A DNA stretch of 64,000 bases from a virus. This document shows positions 9,758 through 19,161 of the stretch, piece after piece. The number at the start of each line of letters is the position of its first letter. Within the stretch, counting starts at the first letter, position 1. The DNA lies in IMG/VR virus record IMGVR_UViG_3300025280_000022; one strand, written 5' to 3'. The position numbers and the translations under genes are program-made. The notes under the pieces are model-generated. The model saw nothing but the letters and a program-made list of their open reading frames with translations. It was not told the origin of the DNA and ran no database searches.

Positions 9758-11878
9758 ATGAGCTATAGTACAGGATTTTATTTTACTCTGCAAGATAGGG
9801 AGATTCCTAATCAGTTTGCTTTTTATTATAATTTTAATAGGTATACGGGGACGAGACCTCCTGAGACTCCGCCTGAGTGGTTGCCTGAGCCTGTAAATGC
9901 TCTTTGGATCTTGGGGGATCAATCTATCAATACAGGGGTTTATTCTCCTGGCTTTTCGGGTAGGGTGCATAATTACGAAGGTCTTGGCCGTCCTTTAAAC
10001 CAGTTTGTATCAGGAGATGATATTGGAGTTTCAGGAGGGACGGGAAATTTTTCCGCTGGTTACATAGAGGTTGCCGATACTGAAAATTTTAATCCCACAA
10101 CCCTGAACATGATCGTGACCCAAGAAAAAAGAGCCAACGATCCCGCAACGCTTTTTTCTAATATAGACGAGGCTAATAGTAGCGGGTATTGCTTGGGGGT
10201 TGATGGCGCCAACCATTTATATTTTAAATATTATAATGATGGGACTCCTTCTATCTTTACTTACTCTAATATTGTGGCGCACGAAGCTAATATTTATAGA
10301 TTTTCTATTAATTCCAGCAGAGTTTCTTTCAGCGCGTTTGATATAAAAGAGAAAAGGTTTGTGGGGCAGCAATCTTTTACAATACAAAATGCCTATAATT
10401 TGCAAAGCAATCAAAAGATGCTTGTTGGGAGCGGCGAATATCCTTATAGCGGATATATGAGTAGTATATTTTTATATACAGGGAGATTGGCGGATTACGA
10501 TTATAACGCTTTAGCGGATGCATTGTATCAAGACTATAGACTTACTTCAGCTATTAGCGGTCAACATAGTGGGTCCATAACAGGCTTTAGCGGGGTATCT
10601 TTTCAAGATACGGGGGTTCTCTATAATGAAAATTTATTATCGGGTTATATTTCTCTTACAGGATATTTAAGATCTATTACGGGGGTAACTAATTTAACGG
10701 GAAGCGTATTAACAGGGGAAACGATTTATGTTACGGCAACAGGCGTGGCCTCGGGAACCCCTTTTAGGGGTGACTCAGGATATTATGGGTCAGGTTTGGG
10801 AGTAAGTCCTCCTGCTCATTTTTATTATGCTTCAGGGGTTACTGCGGCAAGCGCAACAGGTATAACGGGTTTTGATTATTTAAGTGGAAGCCTGTTGGTG
10901 ACGGGACAGCAATTTCCTGTTTATACGGGGCATAATGTAACGGGCGTTACTGCTACGGGAGAATACCTTACAGGCATCACGGGCGCACCAACATATTATT
11001 TAGCCACAGGTTCTTCTCAGGAGCTTAGTGGTTCTGTGCCTGAGGGCTACTACCCTTCTAAAATGATTTTTTTGGGGCAACGCTCTACGGGGGACCTTGT
11101 GGAGGTTGTGACTTATACAGGTCTAAATTCTTATATTTTTAATAATGTTATTTTTTCTAATCAATCTGCGGGGCCCGATGAAATAAATAATACGGGGGTT
11201 CTGTCTTCAGGAAGCGGTCTCCTTGTTATTAATGGACAACTGCAAGTAGAAGGACCTTTGTCGTTCGTAAGCGTGAGCGGCTTGCGTTCTGTGTCTATTA
11301 GCGGTGACTATGCGCTAACGGGAAATAGTGCGTGGCAATCCATTGCTCTTGAGACGGGTTCAGGAATCAGTTTTGGGGCGGCCGATAGAGAGCTGGCAAC
11401 CACACGTTTTTTAACTAATACTTTGTCGTTGGCGAACATTCCTTTTAATGCGATAAGTGATGTCAACCAAATAGGCGCCAAAGGCAAGCTAATTATTACC
11501 GACACGAGTCAATATGCTGGAGGCCCTTTCTCTCAAATCGACATCATAGGGACAGATAAATATTTTAATGGAATTAAAATATATTCGGGAATAGATTGGA
11601 TAGACAAAGCAGGAGGCTTTCAGCCCACAGGGACTATTACAGGGGCAACGGGTGTATATTATTATACGACTCCTAATCCAGGAGCTCTTTATTCTACGGG
11701 GCGTGCTTATGATTTTTCAGGCCAAAAAATAAATACTCAAAGTAATATAGTTTATATAAATGGGGTGCGACAGGATCCGAGCCTTTATTATTATGGAGCA
11801 AGTATTGATTTGGTAAGGTCGGGGGTAGAGACCCAAATTCAAAATTCAGCCCTAGAAGTTTTTAATAATTTGAGCTAA
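9758..11878 (+). CDS. Virion structural protein with LamG/ConA-like region and a [S/T]G-rich region
   Basis: 'MLVGSGEYPYSGYMSSIFLYTGRL' resembles a LamG C-terminal motif. About 50 SG/TG dipeptides by hand count. 'VYINGVRQ' is typical of phage structural proteins. Confidence 0.6.
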   Translation: MSYSTGFYFTLQDREIPNQFAFYYNFNRYTGTRPPETPPEWLPEPVNALWILGDQSINTGVYSPGFSGRVHNYEGLGRPLNQFVSGDDIGVSGGTGNFSAGYIEVADTENFNPTTLNMIVTQEKRANDPATLFSNIDEANSSGYCLGVDGANHLYFKYYNDGTPSIFTYSNIVAHEANIYRFSINSSRVSFSAFDIKEKRFVGQQSFTIQNAYNLQSNQKMLVGSGEYPYSGYMSSIFLYTGRLADYDYNALADALYQDYRLTSAISGQHSGSITGFSGVSFQDTGVLYNENLLSGYISLTGYLRSITGVTNLTGSVLTGETIYVTATGVASGTPFRGDSGYYGSGLGVSPPAHFYYASGVTAASATGITGFDYLSGSLLVTGQQFPVYTGHNVTGVTATGEYLTGITGAPTYYLATGSSQELSGSVPEGYYPSKMIFLGQRSTGDLVEVVTYTGLNSYIFNNVIFSNQSAGPDEINNTGVLSSGSGLLVINGQLQVEGPLSFVSVSGLRSVSISGDYALTGNSAWQSIALETGSGISFGAADRELATTRFLTNTLSLANIPFNAISDVNQIGAKGKLIITDTSQYAGGPFSQIDIIGTDKYFNGIKIYSGIDWIDKAGGFQPTGTITGATGVYYYTTPNPGALYSTGRAYDFSGQKINTQSNIVYINGVRQDPSLYYYGASIDLVRSGVETQIQNSALEVFNNLS

Positions 11879-11886
11879 TATATAAG

Positions 11887-14800
11887 ATGTCTTTATCAGT
11901 TACGAAAAGCGCCGTAAAATTAGATGGAAAATCTAAGGCTTATGGCGGCTATATTACTAGTGCGGATATAAATGTCAACATTATTGGCGCCTCTACAGCG
12001 AGCGTTACTGTTGTTAGTGAGGACGGTAAGTATGACGAGGTGGAGATGTATGCCAGCTTTGCGGGAGGGCCTCCGAAAGAATTGGCGTTCACTTATACCC
12101 AGGAGGGTGAAGACGGAGAGGATGAGGACGTAAAGGCCTTAACTCTGGACTTTTGGCCGATCGGTTCGGAAATCCAACAAGGAGCGGGGGGCACTGTTTT
12201 AACTGTAAGCTTATTGGAGGCGGTGCCTTCTTGGATAGCAAAAGTTCCCGTTTTTCTTAGAGGAGTACATACCGACGCAAGCGGTTCCGAACGAGCTTAT
12301 ACTAACACCCATAGCGCTTGGATTGTGGTGGGAGAGGAGTATATGAGCTCCCCCTCACAAAATGGAGCCCTAATTAAACTAAGCGGTTTAACCAGCGCAC
12401 AAAAGTCCGCACTCGAAAAGAAGTCTTTATTGAGTCGTTTAAAAAATAGTATACAAAAAACATCACTTTATACGGGTTATGAGTTATATCAAGAAATTCT
12501 CGCCCTAAGAATTCCTCATACCTTGGCTTTTGCCCATATGGTTTCTACTGTGGGGTACTATTATAATACAGGGGGGTCCTTAAGAGACGTATTAAACGTA
12601 ATATCCCAAAAATTGGGCTGTTTATTTTTTTGGAACCCTTGGGCTCCTGATGGCCAGGAAGAATTTGCTGATTTTACTATGGGGGGTTTGGGAAATTATG
12701 GGTTAGATGTGTTTGAGGGGGAGGCAGATATTTGGCGGGGCATGCAGACGGCTCAGGGAGAGGCAAATTTAATATCAAAAACCCTTAGTACTACTCTAGA
12801 GGGGACCTATACTAAAAGCGCAACCAAGAAGCTGGAGGTGGCTCCTGATCATCCATCCAACATGTGCAGGGGACAGGGGACCGCGATTAGGTTAAATACT
12901 GCTCAGGAACTAAAACTAAAGGACTGCGCGAATAGGGATGTGGACGACTTAAATTATCCACGGCGTGATACGGATCCTGGCAAGGGGGATTTCCCCAAGG
13001 AACCCGATCCCGAGCAAATGGAAAAGATTGCGCATTTGTGCAGATTGTTGGACGCCGTGCGATTTGGAGAAGATTTTTTTAGGATTTATGTTTATTTAAA
13101 AATGATTGCTCAACAATTTGCGGATCGAAAGGATAATGTCGGCTATGCTAGTGCCTATGCGTGGGCCGAGGGGCAGGAGCCTAAATTAAGTCGCAATCTG
13201 GCGGTCGAAGCACTTTTCCCCTGTGTAATTGCGGCGAGCCCCAATCGAGTTGAGGATGGAACAACCCAGGACTACGAGGATGTCCAGGTAAAACAGGAAG
13301 TTGAGAAGCCTTGGAGTTATTCACCCGCAATTGCTGAGCTACAAACACTGCTTATAAATGAAGGTATTGGCGTGGGGATGGCCGCGGAGCAGAACTTGGT
13401 TCCTTTCATGATTGCTTATATAAAGAATGATCCCGATGCGGCTGAGACAGGTGAAAAAAATGGAGTAGCCTTGTTAAAGGATTTTGGGAGTAGCGAGGTT
13501 TGGAAAAGTCTTTTGGCGTATGCTAAAGACATACAGACTAATGTATGGTGGTTGCAAGGAGATCTGGATGTGGTGGGGTGTGACCCTGAGACAGGGGGCG
13601 GAAAAAAAACAGGGACAGAGACAAATTATTTTACGGGATCATGGAACGAAGGTTGTGAGGTTAATTTTAGGTCGTCTGTAACAAAATTAAATCCGTGGAT
13701 CGAGCTCACGGCCGATGATATTTTATATAAATTATTGCAGCTAAAGGTGGGCCCCGATAAGATGGTGGAGTTTTTTAAGTTAAATATAAAATTGACTGCT
13801 GGAATGGCCATCGCTGTTCTTTCGGGGGAGGCAGCGGCACAGGCGGAGAAGTTAGGCTCTAACAAGGATTGGATAGATTTTGTAAAAAACCTAGAGTGCA
13901 CAGAGAAGCTTAAGACTATTTCACAGGCCCAGAGAGATAAAGATAAGGATTGGGCGTGCAAAACTGATGCGCTAGAAATGCTTCCAGATGGGGAGCTATT
14001 GATTTCTACAGAAGGTGGCCGCACCCTAAAGGCGGCCGCAGGACTGGCTTTCCAAGAGGATTGGACAGAAAAATATAAGAAAGTTTATTTTTCTTCCATC
14101 AATAAGCAGGAAGCTCGCTGGGTAAAGCGCGCAAAAAGAGATGGGTTTGATGTAGTTACCCTCCCTTACTTAACAAACCAGGGCAATGAGCTACCCCTCG
14201 CGGGTTTTGAATTTCCGTTTATAGATGACGCGGGAAAACTACAGTCGAACTTTACGGCGTATTTAGCTGATGAAATTGATCAGATATTAGACGAGCTTCC
14301 TGATAAGACGACTCCGTGGAGCCTTGCTTTCAGGGGTGGCGCCAAACAGGATCCTCATTTTACCTTTTCATGCCCTGGAGATAGAAAAAAGTTTTTTGCT
14401 GCTTGGATATATGGGGCAGAAAATGACGTTTTAAGTAATACTATAGAAGGGGACAGTACGCTGACACTAGCTGATGTCTTGCTTGCAGAGGATACTTTTG
14501 ATAATGATTTAATTATAGGTGAAAAAAGAGCGCCTAATGCCAGGCTTGAGGTAGTGGGCTGTGATGGAGCTAAAGCCAAAGGTGAAACCCCTAATGCTGA
14601 CCTGTGGATTCAAAAAATACCATCAAGGCGCACTGATGTGAGTCGCCTGGGGATTGAAAAAGAGCAAGATAAAGATCCCGCTAACACTTTGCAATATGCG
14701 TGTGGTCTAGCTAATAAAGAAGGCATAATACAGCAGAATATGAATATGCTCCTGAACGATTCCGCGCTGTCCGATTTTAACCAGAATGAAGGGGGAACTT

Positions 14801-15195
14801 TTGTCTACAATGGCGTTCCCACGAAGTTGCCTACTATTTGGGAGGGTTTAGAAAATATAGGGGCCACTATAGACTCCCAGGGCGGATTAACGCTTACTCT
14901 AAGCGTGGGGCAAAGGAAAATTCGGGGGGCCCGCGACAAAATTAATAAATTAATAACCTTCAGGGACTTTTTGGCGACGCAGGGTTATGACAGTACCAGC
15001 GAATTCTTTGGGCCTAAATTTAAAAGTTCCGTGGAGTCAAAGCCCGCCCCATTTTCTTTTGGGTTAAAGAAGCCTAACCAGGCCGCGCCTCCTGGACAGC
15101 CTCAAGCGCCAGCGCCACCCGCTCCAGGACCATCGCCACAAATGGGTAGTTTCGATTTTCCTGATGTAGGTCCCATAGACATAGGGACAGACTGA
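11887..15195 (+). CDS. Putative baseplate hub/tail protein
   Basis: 1102 aa. 'GGSLRDVLNVISQKLGCLFFWNP' resembles the hub (gp27/gpD-like) alpha/beta domain. Last gene of the tail operon. Confidence 0.5.
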   Translation: MSLSVTKSAVKLDGKSKAYGGYITSADINVNIIGASTASVTVVSEDGKYDEVEMYASFAGGPPKELAFTYTQEGEDGEDEDVKALTLDFWPIGSEIQQGAGGTVLTVSLLEAVPSWIAKVPVFLRGVHTDASGSERAYTNTHSAWIVVGEEYMSSPSQNGALIKLSGLTSAQKSALEKKSLLSRLKNSIQKTSLYTGYELYQEILALRIPHTLAFAHMVSTVGYYYNTGGSLRDVLNVISQKLGCLFFWNPWAPDGQEEFADFTMGGLGNYGLDVFEGEADIWRGMQTAQGEANLISKTLSTTLEGTYTKSATKKLEVAPDHPSNMCRGQGTAIRLNTAQELKLKDCANRDVDDLNYPRRDTDPGKGDFPKEPDPEQMEKIAHLCRLLDAVRFGEDFFRIYVYLKMIAQQFADRKDNVGYASAYAWAEGQEPKLSRNLAVEALFPCVIAASPNRVEDGTTQDYEDVQVKQEVEKPWSYSPAIAELQTLLINEGIGVGMAAEQNLVPFMIAYIKNDPDAAETGEKNGVALLKDFGSSEVWKSLLAYAKDIQTNVWWLQGDLDVVGCDPETGGGKKTGTETNYFTGSWNEGCEVNFRSSVTKLNPWIELTADDILYKLLQLKVGPDKMVEFFKLNIKLTAGMAIAVLSGEAAAQAEKLGSNKDWIDFVKNLECTEKLKTISQAQRDKDKDWACKTDALEMLPDGELLISTEGGRTLKAAAGLAFQEDWTEKYKKVYFSSINKQEARWVKRAKRDGFDVVTLPYLTNQGNELPLAGFEFPFIDDAGKLQSNFTAYLADEIDQILDELPDKTTPWSLAFRGGAKQDPHFTFSCPGDRKKFFAAWIYGAENDVLSNTIEGDSTLTLADVLLAEDTFDNDLIIGEKRAPNARLEVVGCDGAKAKGETPNADLWIQKIPSRRTDVSRLGIEKEQDKDPANTLQYACGLANKEGIIQQNMNMLLNDSALSDFNQNEGGTFVYNGVPTKLPTIWEGLENIGATIDSQGGLTLTLSVGQRKIRGARDKINKLITFRDFLATQGYDSTSEFFGPKFKSSVESKPAPFSFGLKKPNQAAPPGQPQAPAPPAPGPSPQMGSFDFPDVGPIDIGTD

Positions 15196-15202
15196 TCGTT
15201 TG

Positions 15203-15649
15203 TTAGATTACCTGGGATAAAACCCTGGCGCGAAACAGGGAGCCCGAAGGGTGATTCCCCCCTTGGAGGGGAGTGCTGTCAAAAAATATACAATTAATAG
15301 CCCCTGTGACCCGCGAGGCATTGTTGTTGGCTAATATATACTTTTCATCAGGCCTTCCATTGCGCACATTCAGGCGATAATCCTCTGCGCTGGTATTAAT
15401 AAAGTAGCTGTGATGACCTGTAAATATGTTTCCACTCAAATTAAGAACTAGGCCGTTATAAAGTCCCATGAAAAAGTTAGAGTCCTGATCTGAAAATTTA
15501 CCACTTGATCCTGAAAATGTTATTTTTCTGACGAGCCCTGGGTCCCCCGTATACCCTAGGCCAAAATACAAAAGGTCTCCTGAGGGATAATTTAAAGAGG
15601 CCTTATAGCTGAGGTTGCCTGTTTGAGAGGAAAAAGTATCTATTTGCAT
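15203..15649 (-). CDS. Hypothetical protein, probably virion-associated ([S/T]G-rich)
   Basis: 148-aa ORF coupled to the upstream minus-strand gene, about 9 SG/TG dipeptides. Confidence 0.55.
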   Translation of the reverse strand: MQIDTFSSQTGNLSYKASLNYPSGDLLYFGLGYTGDPGLVRKITFSGSSGKFSDQDSNFFMGLYNGLVLNLSGNIFTGHHSYFINTSAEDYRLNVRNGRPDEKYILANNNASRVTGAINCIFFDSTPLQGGNHPSGSLFRARVLSQVI

Positions 15650-17220
15650 TAGGTTGTCCCCGTGGGCGGTTTAACAAGAAGGCGTGAATTGTCCAAAAAT
15701 CCCGAGAGCCCGCTCATTCCGTCAAAGGTTACTCCCATGTTTTCATAAATGCAGTCCCTTGAAGGGGGAAAGGGTGAAGATTGGCAACTGCCACTGATAT
15801 TCAATAAATCTTGCCCCGTCGCGCCCAATTGTGGGTTTATAAATTTGGTGATTATTTTTACCTCTCCGCTACCTGACCCAACTAATTCATTAAAAAGTCC
15901 GCTATTGGGCGGATCGGGAGTAAAAAGAACGGTGCCGCTAATACTATACTGCTTAGATTCCCCTGATTCCCCTGTTCCGCTAACGCAAAGCGTCACGGGA
16001 GTTTTGGTGAATTTTTCGTATTCTTTTACAAAACTAAAATAAATATTCTCATATGCATTAAGCATGCTGCTCAACCTTCTTTCCACAAAACCTAAGGCAC
16101 CGTCGCCCATTACTAGCGGGGGATTGGAGTCGCCCCCTCCTAGGTTGCCTCCCCAGCCATTTGCTCCTGCATGCATACCCACTCCTTCGTGGTATTGGGT
16201 CTGAGTGGTTGTCATTGTATTACCACTATAGTCCCACCAACCTCCTGCGTGGTCCCAGGCGGGGAGATCAGGGGTCTCCCCGTCATCATCTGTATTGAGT
16301 AATTTCAGCCAGTTGAGGGCTTTGGCATCGGCCGCTGTACTGGCATCATCCTCATATACATATTCTTTGCCCAAATTAGTAGGGTTTGCCATTAGAACAT
16401 GGGCGCTAAAAAGAGAGCCTCTGCCATCGCTACGTCCGAGAGTTCCCACCTTTGTGTCGAAATTTTGAGGAGCATTCCACATATTATTTTCTAGACCCTC
16501 GCCCGTCACAAATCCTGGGCTACCAGGAATGGTGGTCCCAGTTCCACCACCAAGGATCGCCTGACCAGTAAAAGAACTTTCCGTGGCATAAAAATAAATT
16601 TTTTGAAATTTTACAGGAATACCTCTGCCAGGAGTGGGAAAAATGGCAGGATCAAAAGTGTCTCCGACTTCCGCTAATCCCCCCAGGTTTGACATATCCG
16701 CCCCGCAGCTCTCATAGAGATCCACGGTGTCCATATCAAGCAACAGCGTTCCGTCGGAATAAACTTTTTGGGCATCGTCAGCTTGTCGAGCTTCGAAACA
16801 GTACGGAATATCTGGTGCGTTGCTCGGGGCGTTCTGGAGGATTCCCTCTCGACCCTTGCTTGCATTATTGTGTAGTTTTAAAGGTTGAACAAAAATAGAA
16901 GCTCTTTTTAAGAAATGTTTTCCAACGGGGATTTGCGCCGCGTTTTGAGGGGGAGGCCAATTGACCCCTCCTAGAGTTTCATTGTAGACGGCGAGGGATT
17001 CATCTAGGCCGCGATTTTTTCTGAAAGTTTTATCCTCCTTAGTTGGGAAGGAAATAGGCCCGTCGTCATCTACTCGAATACGCCCTGGATTTTCGTCCGT
17101 TGGGTAACCTAAAAGAAGATACGGCGTTAAGTTGGCACAACCTACATCCCCAATCCCCTGTGAAGTAGCCGAACCGTCATCTGAAATATGAACCGCGTCT
17201 CTCGATTGCCTGAGTGCCAT
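15649..17220 (-). CDS. Hypothetical protein, probably virion-associated
   Basis: 523 aa, Gly-rich with an SG/TG-rich C-terminus. Preceded by GTGTA-N9-ATG. Confidence 0.6.
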   Translation of the reverse strand: MALRQSRDAVHISDDGSATSQGIGDVGCANLTPYLLLGYPTDENPGRIRVDDDGPISFPTKEDKTFRKNRGLDESLAVYNETLGGVNWPPPQNAAQIPVGKHFLKRASIFVQPLKLHNNASKGREGILQNAPSNAPDIPYCFEARQADDAQKVYSDGTLLLDMDTVDLYESCGADMSNLGGLAEVGDTFDPAIFPTPGRGIPVKFQKIYFYATESSFTGQAILGGGTGTTIPGSPGFVTGEGLENNMWNAPQNFDTKVGTLGRSDGRGSLFSAHVLMANPTNLGKEYVYEDDASTAADAKALNWLKLLNTDDDGETPDLPAWDHAGGWWDYSGNTMTTTQTQYHEGVGMHAGANGWGGNLGGGDSNPPLVMGDGALGFVERRLSSMLNAYENIYFSFVKEYEKFTKTPVTLCVSGTGESGESKQYSISGTVLFTPDPPNSGLFNELVGSGSGEVKIITKFINPQLGATGQDLLNISGSCQSSPFPPSRDCIYENMGVTFDGMSGLSGFLDNSRLLVKPPTGTT

Positions 17221-17234
17221 AGGTTAAATTACAC

Positions 17235-17999
17235 CTATTCCGCAGCACTTTTAGCTAATTTTAGCAATATTCGGGCCTCTTTAGGCGGGATATCCTCAAA
17301 GCCCACCCATTCCTTGACCGATTCATTTCTATAGAGTTTTTGTTGCCAGAGTTCGCGCAAGAAGTCCTTTAATCCATTAAAGTCTTCAAATTTTTGTTCC
17401 AGTATGCCGTGGGGAGTTATTACGTTACTATTCGCTTGCGCCGTAATAGGAGCGCTTCCCGATTTGTCAATTTCATCATCCCCGACGATGTGGACATTTA
17501 AAAAATTGCGCACACAGCGTACAAAGGCGCGATTACACGCAATTGTTTCGAGAAATTTTGTAGCAAAGTTGCTGGTGTTGTCTAGGGTGGCATTAGCCAT
17601 GTCTTGAAAAGAAACCGCCTCCCCGTTGGTTTCGTAATTGGGGCAAAATTCAATTTTGCACGTTACTGTAACGTGATTAGAGTCGCAGCGGTTAATTGTA
17701 TACGATACATCACGAAAACCGCGTAGGCGCGCCAGTTCTTTAATTCCGCTTAGTTTAATTAAGAGTTGGTAGTCCTTAAGCCCATTACTTGAGGAAGGGG
17801 CATCTTTGCCGCGCGCCTCAAACCAAGATTTATTAGGGAAGAGGTGTTCTTCGCCAATCATGGCACGCCAATCCACGGAACCATCGTCATTAAAAATATA
17901 GTCTACGTTCTCTAGGAGTCCGTTTTCGTCGCGCTTAAATAAGGCGGGTCCGTCAGGTGGGGTCAGTGTGGCCTTCGGGGGCCTTCCTCTTTTAGCCAT
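17235..17999 (-). CDS. Putative Rad52/Sak-like ssDNA annealing protein
   Basis: 'LETIACNRAFVRCVRNFLNV' helix after a beta-meander, as in Rad52-fold annealases. N-terminal AT-hook-like 'KRGRPPK'. Confidence 0.45.
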   Translation of the reverse strand: MAKRGRPPKATLTPPDGPALFKRDENGLLENVDYIFNDDGSVDWRAMIGEEHLFPNKSWFEARGKDAPSSSNGLKDYQLLIKLSGIKELARLRGFRDVSYTINRCDSNHVTVTCKIEFCPNYETNGEAVSFQDMANATLDNTSNFATKFLETIACNRAFVRCVRNFLNVHIVGDDEIDKSGSAPITAQANSNVITPHGILEQKFEDFNGLKDFLRELWQQKLYRNESVKEWVGFEDIPPKEARILLKLAKSAAE

Positions 18000-19161
18000 T
18001 TTTTTTATAAATTTTGTAAAATCTTAGGTCTTCCCAGAATAAAGGCGAGTCACAAATTAAAGAAGGATCTCGTGTTGATTGTGCCTGCAGGGCTGAAGGG
18101 ATGGACTGAAAGACTTGATTGTTGGATAATATTTGCTTACAACTTTTAAAGTGAAGCTCATTATAGTCTATATTGCCTTTTATGTCAAGTGATTTTTCTG
18201 TTGTTTTTACTACTTGCTCAATAGGAAAGTCTAGAAATTTAAGCCTTAATTCGTCTAGTCTTTCTTCGTTTTCTTCGTAAGTGTATAACATTAAGTTTTT
18301 ACCTAGCCCCCTTAATCCCTTTAGGGTATCTAATGCGGTATTCGGAGAAACTTCGTATGAAAGCCCCTGGATAAATGGCCTAAGTTGAGTGAGAAAATTT
18401 AAATTTATTATTGGGGGTAATTTTATAGCTAATTGGCGATCCTGGCCGCACCAAGAACCAATAGCCTGTTCGTTAAATGATATGTCGCCCCTAATATTAA
18501 CCAGGGAATTGGGGTGAGTCTCGGGCGCAGCGATAAAATTAGGGATAACCTCTAGCCCCATTTTATTATATTCAGACCCTATATATATGGTTTGGGTATT
18601 AATGGAGGAAATAGGGAACCCGAGGTTTTTTAAAATTTTCTTACTAATTTTTTCGGGAAAAATCTTGGAGACTGAAATTTCTTGAGTAGGGGTTCCTAGT
18701 GAGGGGCGCGGCGAACTTGAGTGAAGTATGTGGTCAATAGTGGAATCCTCCCACATTGGAGCGCATAGAGGGGCCTCTTTTTCTTCGTATAATAAAACCT
18801 GTTTGGTGCCGAGGCAATTAGCGATATTAGCGGTAAATGATTGACTACTGACGTGAAGCAACGAATATTTTAGTAAATAATTAAGGTGGCCTAGTTGAGT
18901 TCTCTTATTTAAATAATAACAGCCGTTAAGGGCTTCGTCTTTAGCGTCTCCCAGCTGTACAAGATGAATATTGTTATCGTGCAAGATGGGTAATATTTCG
19001 TTAATAACATCTTGAAAAAAGGGGTAGGCTCGATGGTTAAATTCTGCCCCAAGATCTAGGGTGATATAGTTAGAGAACGGCAACGGAAAAAAAACATATT
19101 CCAGCGGAGGCTTTTTGATAAAAGCATTACAGGCTAGAGCGTATTTTTCTAGGCAGTGCAT
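17992..19161 (-). CDS. Glycosyltransferase-like protein (GT9-like N-terminal half)
   Basis: 'HRAYPFFQDVINEI...LVQLG...YLLKYSLLHVS..SFTANIANCLGTKQVLLY' follows the GT9/ADP-heptosyltransferase C-domain pattern. Confidence 0.55.
   Translation of the reverse strand: MHCLEKYALACNAFIKKPPLEYVFFPLPFSNYITLDLGAEFNHRAYPFFQDVINEILPILHDNNIHLVQLGDAKDEALNGCYYLNKRTQLGHLNYLLKYSLLHVSSQSFTANIANCLGTKQVLLYEEKEAPLCAPMWEDSTIDHILHSSSPRPSLGTPTQEISVSKIFPEKISKKILKNLGFPISSINTQTIYIGSEYNKMGLEVIPNFIAAPETHPNSLVNIRGDISFNEQAIGSWCGQDRQLAIKLPPIINLNFLTQLRPFIQGLSYEVSPNTALDTLKGLRGLGKNLMLYTYEENEERLDELRLKFLDFPIEQVVKTTEKSLDIKGNIDYNELHFKSCKQILSNNQVFQSIPSALQAQSTRDPSLICDSPLFWEDLRFYKIYKKNG
18160..18188 (-). promoter_or_regulatory. Perfect sigma70 consensus promoter inside the upstream CDS
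   Basis: Minus strand TTGACA-N17-TATAAT, about 160 bp upstream of the 17999 start. Confidence 0.7.
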
